Below, piece after piece: positions 1 through 11,641 of a stretch of DNA of 64,000 bases; within the stretch, counting starts at the first letter, position 1; each line of letters begins with the position of its first letter. This stretch comes from Chiloscyllium plagiosum (taxonomy: Eukaryota), in assembly GCF_004010195.1 (NCBI RefSeq), contig NC_057718.1:65680919-65744918 (forward strand), written 5' to 3'. Under the pieces are notes generated by a model. It was not told where the DNA came from. It did no database searches and was given only the letters and a program-made list of their open reading frames with translations. The position numbers and the translations under genes were made by a program.

Positions 1-258
1 AACGGTGTACATTGTTTTGCAAATGCAATTACTTTGATATGTGGATATGTATATAAAAATCTTTGTAATACATGATTCCCCAAGCAACCCATTTGTTCTG
101 AATACCTTTAATGCCCCTCTTGTGATTAACTGATAGAGCAACCTTGTTATAATCCAAAGGAAGTGTGAATGATCTCATGAGTGAACTGATGTTTACATTT
201 ATCAGACCACTGACCTAAGTTGTATGTGCATTGTTAGTTAGCTAAATCTTTAATGCAG

Positions 259-304
259 TGCATTCCGAAGGGACAGAGAAACTCTTAAAGGACATATTCA
301 ACTG
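259..304 (+). CDS. Putative penultimate coding exon of an unidentified gene (AFRRDRETLKGHIQL)
   Basis: Acceptor gctaaatctttaatgcag ending at 258, donor CTG|gtatca at 304/305. The frame is open and joins in phase 0 to the exon at 1232. No homolog recognised. Confidence 0.35.
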
Positions 305-409
305 GTATCACGTACCAAGCTAGATTGAGTTTTCCGATTTCTGAAATTTTTAGTGCTACTTCATTTTTTAAAAATAAAATCATTGGTATCTATTATCACT
401 TGAGTGAAA

Positions 410-790
410 TCATAGAAAATTTCAGCTCTGCAGGAGACCATTCAACATTTTAAGGCTAGCTGCTGTGAAACCATCCAGCCTCATTTTGCTTTCCAGTGCC
501 ATTGCCTTATAGGTTGCAGCACTTCAAGTGAATATTCAAGTAATTTTTACATTTTGAGGATTTTTTGACCCTTGCAACTTCTCAGGCAGTGGAATGAAAT
601 CTTCTCTACTCTCTGCATGGAATACTTTCTCCTCAAATTGTTTGAAAGCTCCTACCTCTCGTGACAAATTTTTGCATGAAAATGCCTGAAACTGTTAAAC
701 TCCAAGTCATTGATATACACCCAAAAAGAAGGCAAAGGACCTAGCGCTGAACCCTGTACAACCCACTGGAAACAGCTTTGCACAGGACTT
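410..790 (-). mobile_element. Ancient CR1-type LINE 3' remnant
   Basis: catagaa…ggagaccattca start and ctctctgcatggaatactttctcctc resemble decayed versions of the CR1 3' ends elsewhere in the window. Confidence 0.45.
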
Positions 791-1231
791 GGTGACTGAG
801 CAAATTTCATTCTACCATCATGCAAGTTCTAAATTTTGATACGTTTTATACTTGTATGTTTCTCTTTAGATTGTTTTATTTAATCTTGCAACCTGTCGAT
901 ATTTAGTTTTTGATGCTAGATTTCTCTTTTTTTGATAGCTTTGGCACATTCTCATTGAGACTGTTCTGAAGATAGTGTTAGTTTTGCTTTCATTTTGGAA
1001 TGCTGCCAATTTAGAATTGGGATAAATTGCTTATTTTCCCTTTGTGTACTTGTGTCTATTTTGCATATATGGGCCATTATTGAACAGTTTTAATTGGTCT
1101 GTAGTTGGCTTTAAGTCCAAGTCAAATATCAGTCTCTTTTTTTATTGGTTTATTGAAGACAGATGCTTCTAGGCGTGTGAATCAGGGATGTGGAAGTTAT
1201 TTGATGGACAACTTGTTTTTGTTTTCTTTAG

Positions 1232-1255
1232 CCAAAGATACCTGAAGAACTGTGA
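1232..1255 (+). CDS. Putative terminal coding exon (PKIPEEL*)
   Basis: Strong polypyrimidine acceptor cttgtttttgttttctttag ending at 1231, then CCA AAG ATA CCT GAA GAA CTG TGA, followed by ~1.8 kb of repeat-free AU-rich sequence. Confidence 0.45.
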   Translation, partial: PKIPEEL

Positions 1256-3030
1256 TCAAGAAAATCCGATATTCAGATTTCAGTTCCTCAGAAGGTCATT
1301 GATTATCCTGAGTTGTGATCTATGTCTGCTCATTCCCAGCTCATAAGACCACAATCAAAATGTTGTTCTGGAGGAACTAGATGCAATGGATGATAGAACT
1401 GACTAAAATAAACTTTTCTTTAAAAAAAATTCTTATTCCCTTTCCACTGCTTAATGTGCAGCTACTTCAGCAGTGAGGTAATTGAACTGTACAAATACGT
1501 AAAGAAATTTTATAAAACAAAAATAATCTCAACCAAAGTTTGGAATGCACACTAAGTGTATGGAGTGTTTGTCTCATTCAGCCAATGAGCTCTAGTTCAG
1601 AGCATCTGGGCAATTTCCTGTGATATGAATGGAAATATACATCATGTAATGAAATGAGACATCTGTACAAATCTGGTCAAGAAAAATGGTGTGCATCTCT
1701 ATAGTGGTGACTTTAATGATCGGGAATTTCAAGGTTTAGCCTAGAAGTGCAGTTAAATGAGACACAAACCTGCATGTGCAGTTTACTTGCCAAATAGATA
1801 ATGATTCATCTGGATTACTGGATTGTGTAGATTTACAACTATTTGGATGTTAATAGAGTATTTAAATATATATAAAAATGCCTTACGGTTTTGTTTTTAA
1901 CTTGTATTAATGTACAATATTCAATGGTCTACCACGGCTATCAGTGTATAAACTAATTTGTAATACGTGTGTTGATAGAAAGAGTTCTGTGACATGCCCC
2001 TTTGCTTAAATTGGCAAAATTTGCACAAGAAAGGCATACAAATATTTATATGCAAAGTTTCTGGCTGCCTATAGTGTTTTTTTTAAAAAAACATCTCCCC
2101 AACAAATTTCATTTCTAGAACAAGGGGAGTGGAAATGTTTCAGGGAGCCAGTGTCTATACACATTTATTTTGGGCTGAAAGAAATGAGGCAGTTATGGAG
2201 TTAAAACATAGATTTGCATTTTAAATATCATTTGGAAAGATTAACACATTGCAGAGTGTAAATAACTGTGACATTACTTTGTCTTTGTTTAAAACATGGT
2301 GTTAATACTTGCAGGATTACTGATTAAAGGTGCAGTTTCTTTTCAAAAATTGTCACTTTTCATTTTGTGTTATTTTGGTGAAGATGCCCTAACATCTAAA
2401 GAATTGGTTCTCAAGATTCACTTACACTGGTTCAATTTCTGATGCAGAATAAATTGTATTTATTAAAAATCTGGGTGTTCCATTACATGACTAATAGTCT
2501 ACAAGTCATTGCCTGCATTTATCATTTCAATATATTGATGGAGGAAACTGGCCAAGGAGCCATTTTCTTAATGGGAACTGTTGGTGCAAATCTTCCTGTA
2601 CAGACAGTGAAAAAGATGTTAACTACCTTTAATGCTGCAGTCTGCATTACCAACAGTTGATGTTTCTTCTTGGCATGTACCTGGAAATTTAGTCTAATAT
2701 ATTTGAACAATAAAGATTTCAGAACTAAATGGTTTGTCATATTTACAAGATATGCAGCAGTTGAGATGAGGTTAATAAAGGGAGAAACTGCAAATGCTGA
2801 CTTTTTTCAAATATGGAGAAGTCAAAGTTTTTTTGAGAACAATGTTTACAGATCACAAGTTATGGGGTTCGTTTTTATAGGTAGGGGGTGAATTATATGT
2901 CTGATTTGGGTCCATGTGAAACCCAAATAAGACTAAAATCATGGTTAATAAACATGAACTATGATTATTTAATTTTTGATTTGTCCTTCATAATCTGGTC
3001 ATAATTTGAATAAATAAATTCAACATTTAT
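1256..3030 (+). other. Putative 3' UTR with polyadenylation signals
   Basis: Repeat-free and U-rich. AATAAA near 1407, 2448, 2946 and overlapping copies near 3009-3018; Pumilio-type TGTAAATA at 2257-2264. Confidence 0.4.
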
Positions 3031-3329
3031 AAATGCTGTTATTTTTGCATGTACAATGAAATGAAGTCATTAACATTTCCAGGATTATGCCTTGGTGAAA
3101 TTTTTAGACTTTGATCCTTATAAAACAATGGTGGACTTCTACACACAAAATGCACAAAAAGTTGTTTTTCCAGATCAAAAGTCATGGGGTTAACTTCTGC
3201 ACGCAGTTCACTTTTACAGGAGAGAGGAGGTGTACAGGGGATCACTTAGACTACTTCTACATTTTGGAGCTCTGGCTGAAATATTCCATTTGTCTTCCTG
3301 AATGCTGATGGACCTGCTGCATATTGCGG

Positions 3330-3545
3330 CAGGAAATGACATCACAACAGAAAATGACATCACCAACCCAAAGAAACCCAAATATATAAATAGAAAGCAA
3401 GAATTATCAGCAATGCTTTGCCCAGAGGCCCACTGAAGATGTTACCTAGTAGGGTGATGAAATGTCTGGAAATGAACCTTCCAGCTCAGTGAGCAAACCT
3501 ACATCCAGAACCTCAACCTGAGCTACAAATCTTCTCAAAAATTGC
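3330..3545 (+). mobile_element. Penelope-like element 3' terminal fragment (family C)
   Basis: Tandem aaatgacatcac repeats, a TATA-like stretch and a hammerhead-like motif at 3433-3466; layout typical of PLE terminal repeats. Confidence 0.65.
3421..3469 (+). ncRNA. Minimal type-I hammerhead ribozyme motif, CpG-decayed
   Basis: CTGAAGA (3433-3439), stem II GTTACC/GGTGAT, GAAA (3459-3462), TGTC. Confidence 0.55.
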
Positions 3546-4689
3546 AGTGTATTCAAAATTGAGAATGGTTTGTGTTAGTCAGTTGCAGAAAGAATGTTGA
3601 TTCAAAATTAGAATTGAGCATTTCTAATTATTAATTAAACTAAATGATGTGTTTGATCTTTTTATCATCTTACGCTTTATGCTAGATATCAATGGTTTGT
3701 AAGTTAGAGATCCATGCACCTGTGAAACTGAAATTAATGTTGAAGTGCGGCAGTTGTTCATATTTACTAATATCTTATTTCTCTGAAGCTTCTGACCTCC
3801 AAGTGTTTACGTCTGACCGTCATCCTATAATTTAATGGCTTGATTGCAAATTGTAAATGGTTAATCATGAAGGACTGCTCTGACTTTAAATAAGACTTAA
3901 ATAAAGTAAAATCATACTTTGACCATGCAATGATATTTATAAAAAGAACAAGAAGGCAGTCTTTGAGCCTGCAGTAAATAAAGTATAGTTTCCCAATCAT
4001 CAGTTAGGAGGGATTATAAATAATTTATCTGCAATAATCCCGCACCAAGAACACAGTTTATGATTTACTATGTTACTCAGGTACAGTTGCCATTTAAAGG
4101 AATTGGACCTGGAGACTATTGATATGTAGTTTTGGACATTACTAAAACATTGGAGGACCAATGTACAAAAATAACGTGGCCTTGTTAACATTTACTTTCA
4201 CTCTACCAAAAACAAACTCTTAAAAGCAATGACTTCGCAACATTTGTAATCAATATATTATCTAACTATTGAAATTGTTCTGCATTTGCCTCAACAGTTT
4301 CTAAACTGATGACTCATCAATCTTGTGCGAGATGGCAAACATTCATTATTGTTTAGGCTGAAAATTCATTTCGAATGTAATGGGTGCATAATTGGAATTA
4401 GTGTTTAATTCTACTCCTTCCATAAATCACTCAATGGCATTACGGTAACCTCCAACACTAATAATTCAGCAAAATCTTGCCAAAGTTTGGATAATTGACT
4501 TGAGGTCCCATTGGTTCTGTGTAGTGCATTTCTAATGTGATACCTTTCTCTCTTCCCTCTTGGCTGTTCATGCAAGTTTATTCATGGGGATTGAGTGTAG
4601 CTTCATAATGACAACTGATCCTGATCCTGGTTTCATTCAAGAACACTTTCCAAAGAGGAGAGGACTGACTTCACAAAGGAGGACGCCAG

Positions 4690-5352
4690 TAATATCCCAA
4701 AAATATTGGGGAACACCAGGTATGAGAGGATGGAAATCTATATTAGTAAGGAAATAGTTTTGGTAAAATTGGGATTAAAGGCCAACAAATCCCCAGGCAC
4801 CTAATAATTTACATCCAAGACTATTTAAGGAAGTGGCACTAGAAATAGTGGATGCATTAGTACTCATGTTTCAGATTTCTATGGACTCTAAAACAGTTTC
4901 TAAGGTTAAAGGGTAGCTACTGTAACCCTGTTATTTAAAAAGGGCGATGGAGAGAAATCAGGAACTGAGGGGCTCATGTAGTACAGTGGTACTGTCTCAA
5001 ATAATGAGACCGGTTAGCCTGACGACAATGGCAGGGAAAATGTTCATTGTCAAAACACTTAAAAACAGTGACAGGATAGGACAGAGTCTGACACTCCCTG
5101 TAATTTAGAAGAATAAGGGAGTATTGCTTAGAAACTTAAAATTACAAAAAAGAAATCATGCTTGACTGAAACGTTTTGTGGATGAAAACTAATAGAGCTA
5201 ATAAGGAAGAGTCAGTAAACATGGTTTACATGGACTATCAGGAGGCTTTCAGTAAGGTCATACAAGAATTAATGTGTAAAATGTAAAGCGGGATTGTGGG
5301 TAGAATACTGGTATAGACAGAGAACTGGTTGGCAGCCAAGAAACAGTAGGAG
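4690..5352 (+). mobile_element. Old CR1 LINE ORF2 fragment (5' part of host element)
   Basis: Decayed RT N-terminal motifs (KSPG, LFKKG, RPVSLT, KSCLT, VYMDYQEAFSKV) with stops and frameshifts. Confidence 0.8.
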
Positions 5353-5380
5353 TGGGGGGGGGGGGGGAAGGTGGGGGGGC

Positions 5381-7230
5381 ATGATGTTCGCAGGTAAGGG
5401 GATGGCTGGAAGATGGGAAGCCTTCAGAAATGAGTTAACGGGAGTCCAGAGACTCTATATTCCTGTTAGGGTGAAAGGAAAGGCTGGTAGGTATAGGAAG
5501 TGCTGGATGACTAAAGAAATTGAAGGTCTGGTTAAGAAAAAGAAGGCAGCATATATCAGGTGTAGACAATAGATCGAGTGAATCCTTAGAATATAAAGAC
5601 AGTAAGAGTATACTTAAGAGGGAAATCAGGAGGACAAAAAGGGGACATGAGATAGCTTTGGCAAATAGAGTTAAGGAAAATCCAAAGAATTTTTACAAAT
5701 ATGTTAAGGACAAAAGGGTAACTAGGGAGACAATAGGGCCCCTCAAAGATCAGCAAGGTGGCCTTTGTGTGGAGCCGCAGGAGATGGGGGAGATACTAAA
5801 TGAATATTTTGCATCAGTGTTTACTGTGGAAAAGGACATGGAAGATATAGAATGTAGGGAAATAGATGGTGACATCTTGAACAAAGTCCATATTACAGAG
5901 GAGAAGTTGCTGTAGGTCTTGAAATGCATAAAAGTGGATAAATCTCCAGGATCTGATCAGATGTACCCTAGAACCCTGTGGGAGTTAGGGAAGTGATTGC
6001 TGGGCCTCTTGCTGAGATATCTGTATCATTGATAGTCACAGGTGCTGGAAGACTGGAGGTTGGCAAACATGGTGCCACTGTTTAAGATGGGTGATAAGGA
6101 CAAGCTAACAAACTGTAGACATCCTGATGTCAATGATGGGCAAGTTGTTGGAGGGAATCCTGACTAGCAGGATGTACATGTATTTGGAAAAGCAAGGACT
6201 GATTAGGAATAGTCAACATGCCTTTGTGCATGGGAAATCGTGTCTCACAAACTTGAGTTTTTTGAAGAAGTAACAAAGAGGAGTGATGGGGCCAGAGCAG
6301 TGGAAATGATCTATATGGCCTTCAATAAGGCATTCAACAGGATCCCCCATGGAAGACTGGTTAGCAAGGTTAGATTTCAGAATACAGGGAGAACCAACCA
6401 TTTGGTTACAGAACTGGCTGAAAAGGTATTAGACAGAGGGTGGTGGTTGAGAGTTGTTTTTCACGCTGGAGGCCTGTGACCAGTGGAGTGCCACAAGGAT
6501 CAGTGCTGTGTCCACTACTTTTCATCATTTATACAAATGATTTTGGTGTGAACATAAGAGGTATAGTTAGTAAGTTTTCAGATGACACCAAAATTGGAGG
6601 TGTAGTGGACAGCGAAGAAAGTTACCTCTGATTATAACGCGATCTTGATCAGATGGGCCAATGGGTTGAGAAGTGGCAGATGGACGTTAATTCAAATAAA
6701 TGCAAGGTGCTGCATTTTGGGAAAGCAAATCTTAGCAGGACTTATACACTTAATGGTAAGGTCCTAGGCAGTGTTGCTGAACAAAGAGACCTTGGAATGC
6801 AGGTTCATAGCTCGTTGAAAGTGGAGTCGCAGGTAGATAGGATAGTGTCAGAGGCTGAGGGGTGACCTTATATAGGTTTATAAAATCATGAGGGGCATGG
6901 ATAGGGTAAATAGGCAAAATCTTTTCCCTGGGGTTGGGGAGTCCAGAACTAGAGGGCATAGGTTTAGGGTGAGAGGGGAAAGATATAAAAGGATCTAAGG
7001 GGCAAATGTTTCACGCAGAGGGGGTTATGTGTTTGGAGTGAGCTGCCAGAGAGTGGGAGAGGCTAGTACAATTGCAACATTTAAAAGGCATCTGGATGTG
7101 TATATAAATAGGAAGGTTTTGGAGGGATATGGGCTGGGTGCTGGAAGGTGGGACTAGATTAGGTTGGGATATCTAGTTGGCATGGAGAGGTTGGACCAAA
7201 GGGTGTGTTTCTGTGCTGTACATCTCTATA
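5381..7230 (+). mobile_element. HER1/CR1 LINE, 5'-truncated, with internal deletion near 6848
   Basis: ORF pieces KENPKNFYKYV, SGVPQGSVL, SKFSDDTKIGG, KCKVLHFG; HER1-type 3' end gggtgtgtttctgtgctgtacatctctata. Confidence 0.92.
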
Positions 7231-7232
7231 AG

Positions 7233-7985
7233 AGGACAAGTGCCTGGTAGATGAAGTATAACGTGGATAACTGTGAGGCTATCCACATTGGTGGGAAAAA
7301 AAACAGGAAGGCAAATCGTTATCTGAATGGCAGTAAATTGATAAATGGGGAAGTGCAATGAGTCCTGGATGGTGCTATACAGTCATTGAGAGTAAGCATG
7401 CAGGTGGTGAAGAAGGCAAATGATATGTCGGTTTTCATAGCAAGAGGATTACAGTACAGGAGCAGTGTTGACTGGCTGCAATTTTACAGGGCCTTGGTGA
7501 CACCCCAACTGGAGTAGTGTGTGCAGTTTTGGCCTCCTTATCTGAGAATTAGTGATGTGTTTATGGAGGGCGTGCAACGATTATTTATCAAATGGATTTG
7601 TGGGATGTTAGGTCTGACTAGAGATTGGACCGGTTCAGACTATATTCACTGGAATTGAGAAGAATAAGAGAGTATTTCATAGAAACTTAAAATTCCAACA
7701 GGACCAGACAAAGTAAGTGCAGAAAGGATGTTCCTGATGACTGGTCAGTCCAAAAGCAGAGGTCATAGTTTAAGAATACAGGTTAGTCCTTTTAAGACTG
7801 AGATGAAGAGGAATTTTGTCCTCCAGTGAAGAGTGAACCTGTGGAATTCTTTGCCAGCAAAAGCAGTTGAGGCTAAAATATTGAATGGTTTCAACAAGGA
7901 GTTAGATACAGTTCTAACTGAGTTGGATGATCAGCCATGAGTGTATAGAATATCAGAAGGGTTGAGTGGTCTACTCCTGTTTCTA
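7233..7985 (+). mobile_element. Old CR1 LINE 3' part (continuation of 4690-5352)
   Basis: [18 protein letters not shown] and RGHSLRI motifs; tail gggttgagtggtctactcctg. Confidence 0.8.
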
Positions 7986-9279
7986 AGTTAACTGAAACGT
8001 TCTCAGTCAGTTCATTTGTCTATGTGTGAGTGAAGTTGTTCCAGGGCTATGTGAAGTATTATTACCTCTGTATTGAATTGGAAATTTATCTTAAAACTTT
8101 TATTTTAAAAAAGCCGTTTTGTTTTTTAATTAATTGTATTTTCTTAGCTGTTTAAACTTCAAGAGCAAGAATCTTTTAAGTGAATTATCTCACTGTGATG
8201 GCAATGGAATGATTTTATTGGTCAAACCAGATCAGGATAACAGGTCTCTTCTCTGAGCATCAGTTACGCTATGTAAGTCCAGCAATGTTTGTGGTCAATT
8301 TTTGTTTTCAGGTGCCAGCCCACAAGTAAAAGGAATTGCTGGAATCATTTTCACAATTTGCTATGATAGAAGTCAAGCCTTCAGTTGCTAATGCAGGATC
8401 ATCAAAACATTTGGTTACCATCAAGAATTAGCCAGCAAATTGTGGGATTGATACCAGGGATGACCTCTGATTTAGGTGTCAGCATTACAGACTTAATATC
8501 TATATTTAAGCAGCATTTATATGAACAGTGATAGCTAACCTGCTGAAGTGTTGTTCTGATAATGACATAGAAATGATCTAAAGACTTCAAGTGATACGGT
8601 TTTGACTATTTCCATTTACTGTTCATTTCATTGTGGGCCTGGAATGAAGATGGAATACTTCAGAATTGTAGATTGTGATTTGTTTTGCAAATCATACGTA
8701 AAGCTTTTGAAGACTTCTATGCTTATGCTTTGATTAACTGGAGCATTGGTATAGATGAGATTTGAGTATCTTTGGTGTTCAGAGCATCAAGAATTCCAGC
8801 TGTATATCATAATACATATTGCTATAAGAAAAACAACCTCCAGCTTTCAAACTACTTCAGGTTCTTATTGCTCCATCTCAACGTTCCCTGCCCACAATAA
8901 TTGTGGTTCTGACAACCAGCCACCTTGCAGTGGATTCCAGTAAAATCCCAAGCCTGATTAGTTGAATTGACTTCAGATAGCGAGACAAAAACTGCTACAA
9001 TGCAGTAATTTGCCTCTGTCCCAGGTTATGGGAGTGAAAGTATTAGCCAAGCTGACTACTTCTGATCGCTATTGATGCTCTCACTCAACAGAGGACTGGA
9101 TCTAAGGAAGCTGTGATGACTCTTTTTTTTTGTTAAATGAAAGATTAAGGTTCACCTTCATTTGGGTCATTAATCTCCACAGATAAGTGCATTTTCCCTT
9201 TATATTAAAAAAAACTTAACTTTTTTTTGGTTCTCCTTAGTATTCACTGTTCATGAGATGACAGTAAACTGGAAAAACA

Positions 9280-10985
9280 GAAAAAGAGTTATGGTTGCTG
9301 GAAATCAGAAACACAAATAGAAATTACTCTGAAATCTCAGTAGGTCTGCCACATCTGTGGTGAGAAAGCAGAGTTAATATCTCAGGTCCAATGATCCTTC
9401 TCCTGAACTAGTTGTAGCTAGGAAAGGGTTGTTATATATACTGAAGGTGTGGTGGGAGAAGGTGAACATGGAGCCCAGAGAGAGACAACAATATTTGGAC
9501 AGACCAAGGAATGGGCAAAGGTCAGCCTGGGGGAATCAATAGCTACTAATGGTGACCATTGTGGCAGACAATGGATGGTTGTGGTAACAGCCCATGTGAT
9601 GACCAGGTCTGGTGTGTGGGTGTTGGGGTATGGATATGGGAGAAGATGTTCAGGCCCTAAAATTATTGAACTCTATATTGATTTCAGAAGGTTGTAGGGT
9701 TCACCAAGCAAAAAAATAAAGCGCTGTTCTTGTGCTGAGCTTCACTGGAGAAAAATGTTGGCCAGGGAACATATGTTGAAGTGGCATGCAACAGGAAGCT
9801 CAATTATTTTTATGGACAGAACTTCTGTTTCACAATGTGGTCACCCAGTCTGCGTTTCATCTTCCCAACATAGAACAGATCACATTGTAAGCAGTGAATA
9901 CAGTAGACTAGATTGAGTGAAGTGCAGGTAAATTGTTGTTTCACCTGGAAGGTGTGTCTGGGGCCTTGGATAGTGTGGGGGGGGGGGAGAGAGGAAGGTG
10001 AGTAAACAGGCAGGTGCTACACCTTCATGGGAAGATGCCATGGTGGTGTGGGAATATTGGGAGTGGAGGGGAATATGTGTCTAGTAGTGACAACCAACTG
10101 AAGATGGAGAAAATGCCTGTGGTTGTGAATGCTGATGGGGTGGTTAGTGGTGACCAGGAGGCCTCTCTCGCTGTTATGAATGTGGTCCCAGTAGGACTGA
10201 AACAAGGAATGTTCCATGTACTCCACAAAGATATAGGTTTAACTGGGACTTATTTGGGTACCCATAGCCACCCGTTTGACTTGAAGATAGTGAGAGGAGT
10301 TAAAGGAGAAGTTGTTTACAGTGAGGATGAGCTCAGCCAGGTGAAGGAAGGTTTTTAGTGGACGTGAACAGTTCAGGCCTTTTTTCTAGGAAGAAGCAGA
10401 GAGCCCTGAGACACTCCTGATGGGGAATGGAAATGTAAAAGGATTGCGTGTCTTTGGTGAAAAGGAGATTATGTGGTTGCTTCAAACTGGAATTTTTAAA
10501 ATTGATGTAAAGCATCAAAGAGTTGTGGATGCCATTGGGAAGGAATTGGACAAGGGGAGAAAAAAATTGAGTTGAGGTAGAAAGACAGGAGTTCTGTTGG
10601 GCAGGAGCAGGCAAAGGCAATAGGTCTACCTGGGCTGTCCTGTTCCTGGATTTTGGAAAAGGAGGTGGAAGCGAGCTGTGCAGGATTGGTGGTTTATGCA
10701 CTTGGAGGCAGTGATGAGGGGGGTGCAACGAAATATCACCAGATGAAATGAGATTAGTGACTGTTGTAGACTCAATACCTTGGTGTTCAATAGTGAAGTC
10801 ATGGTCCGAGGGACATAGGAGGAGTTGTCTGAGAGCTGGCACTCAACCTCTGTAATATAGAGGTCAGCCTACCAGTTAACAACAGCACCACCCTTGTCAG
10901 CAAGCTTAATTACAAAGTCAGGGTTGGAAGTGAGAGCATGGAATGCAGTCAATTCACAGGGAGCTAGGTTTGAATTGGTAAGGTG
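9280..10985 (-). mobile_element. Penelope-like retroelement (RT + GIY-YIG, decayed, internally deleted)
   Basis: RT motif LLFTKDTQSFYISIPHQECLRALCFFL (ORF 10333-10842); GIY-YIG-like NLVYCIHCLQCDLFYVGKMKRRL at ~9845-9915; degenerate hammerhead-like terminus at ~9370-9410. Confidence 0.85.
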
Positions 10986-11617
10986 GGGTGGGGAGGGGAA
11001 GTGTGCAGAGAAATTAAGGGAACAGTAAACTGTATTCCACAGGCATCAGTGATGCTTCAGTAACTTTTTCAGTGGCCCCATGTACATTTTTCTCTTGCTG
11101 AATGTAAATACTCTTCTGGTTTGTAGCTCCCAAGTAGCAATTATGGTAAACTTCCATTTTGACCTTGAAATAATTGATGTCTATCCCTCTTAAAATATTT
11201 TAACATGCCAAATTATTTAAGAACTTATTCAGCAACTACTTACGACATGTTATCTTTTGAAAGGAGTTCCTGAATGATCATCTTCTATTAAAGCAGGCTC
11301 AAGTCTGTGTACGGGAATGAATGGTAAGCCCGATGAGCTAAAATACAGGTAGACTAGCAAAATTTAGACAGTGTAAATCTCTAGGTAAATTTTGATTTTA
11401 TCCTTTGCTTTGAATGTTGACAATTTGATTCTTAAACTTAAAATGCTAGTTTGATTTCTGCTACTTTTAACCTGTGTTCATCACAGCTCATGCTGGAGAA
11501 CTGAACATTTTCCAATTGTTTTAGGACTCCCAATTTCATAATTTAACTCGTCAGCAATTTTGCTGTTAGTCCACTCTGTTCTGCCATAAAGCAGTCTAGC
11601 AGAACAGTAACCTCAGA

Positions 11618-11641
11618 GTGCCCTCTGCTGTTAGTTTGCAG
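11618..11641 (-). promoter_or_regulatory. Candidate CTCF site
   Basis: Minus strand CTGCAAACTAACAGCAGAGGGCAC: close to the CCASYAGRKGGCR core with an upstream TGCA-type motif, in unique sequence. Confidence 0.4.

Noticed and set aside
259..1255. Assigning the left-hand exons to a named ER gene such as TXNDC16, based on FRRD
   Set aside because: A four-residue match from memory is insufficient; gene symbol left blank.
8241..8330. Possible small + strand exons (IRITGLFSEHQLRY|gtaagt; ttttcag|GTGCC)
   Set aside because: The intervening intron would be too short, a stop follows quickly, and no homology is recognised.
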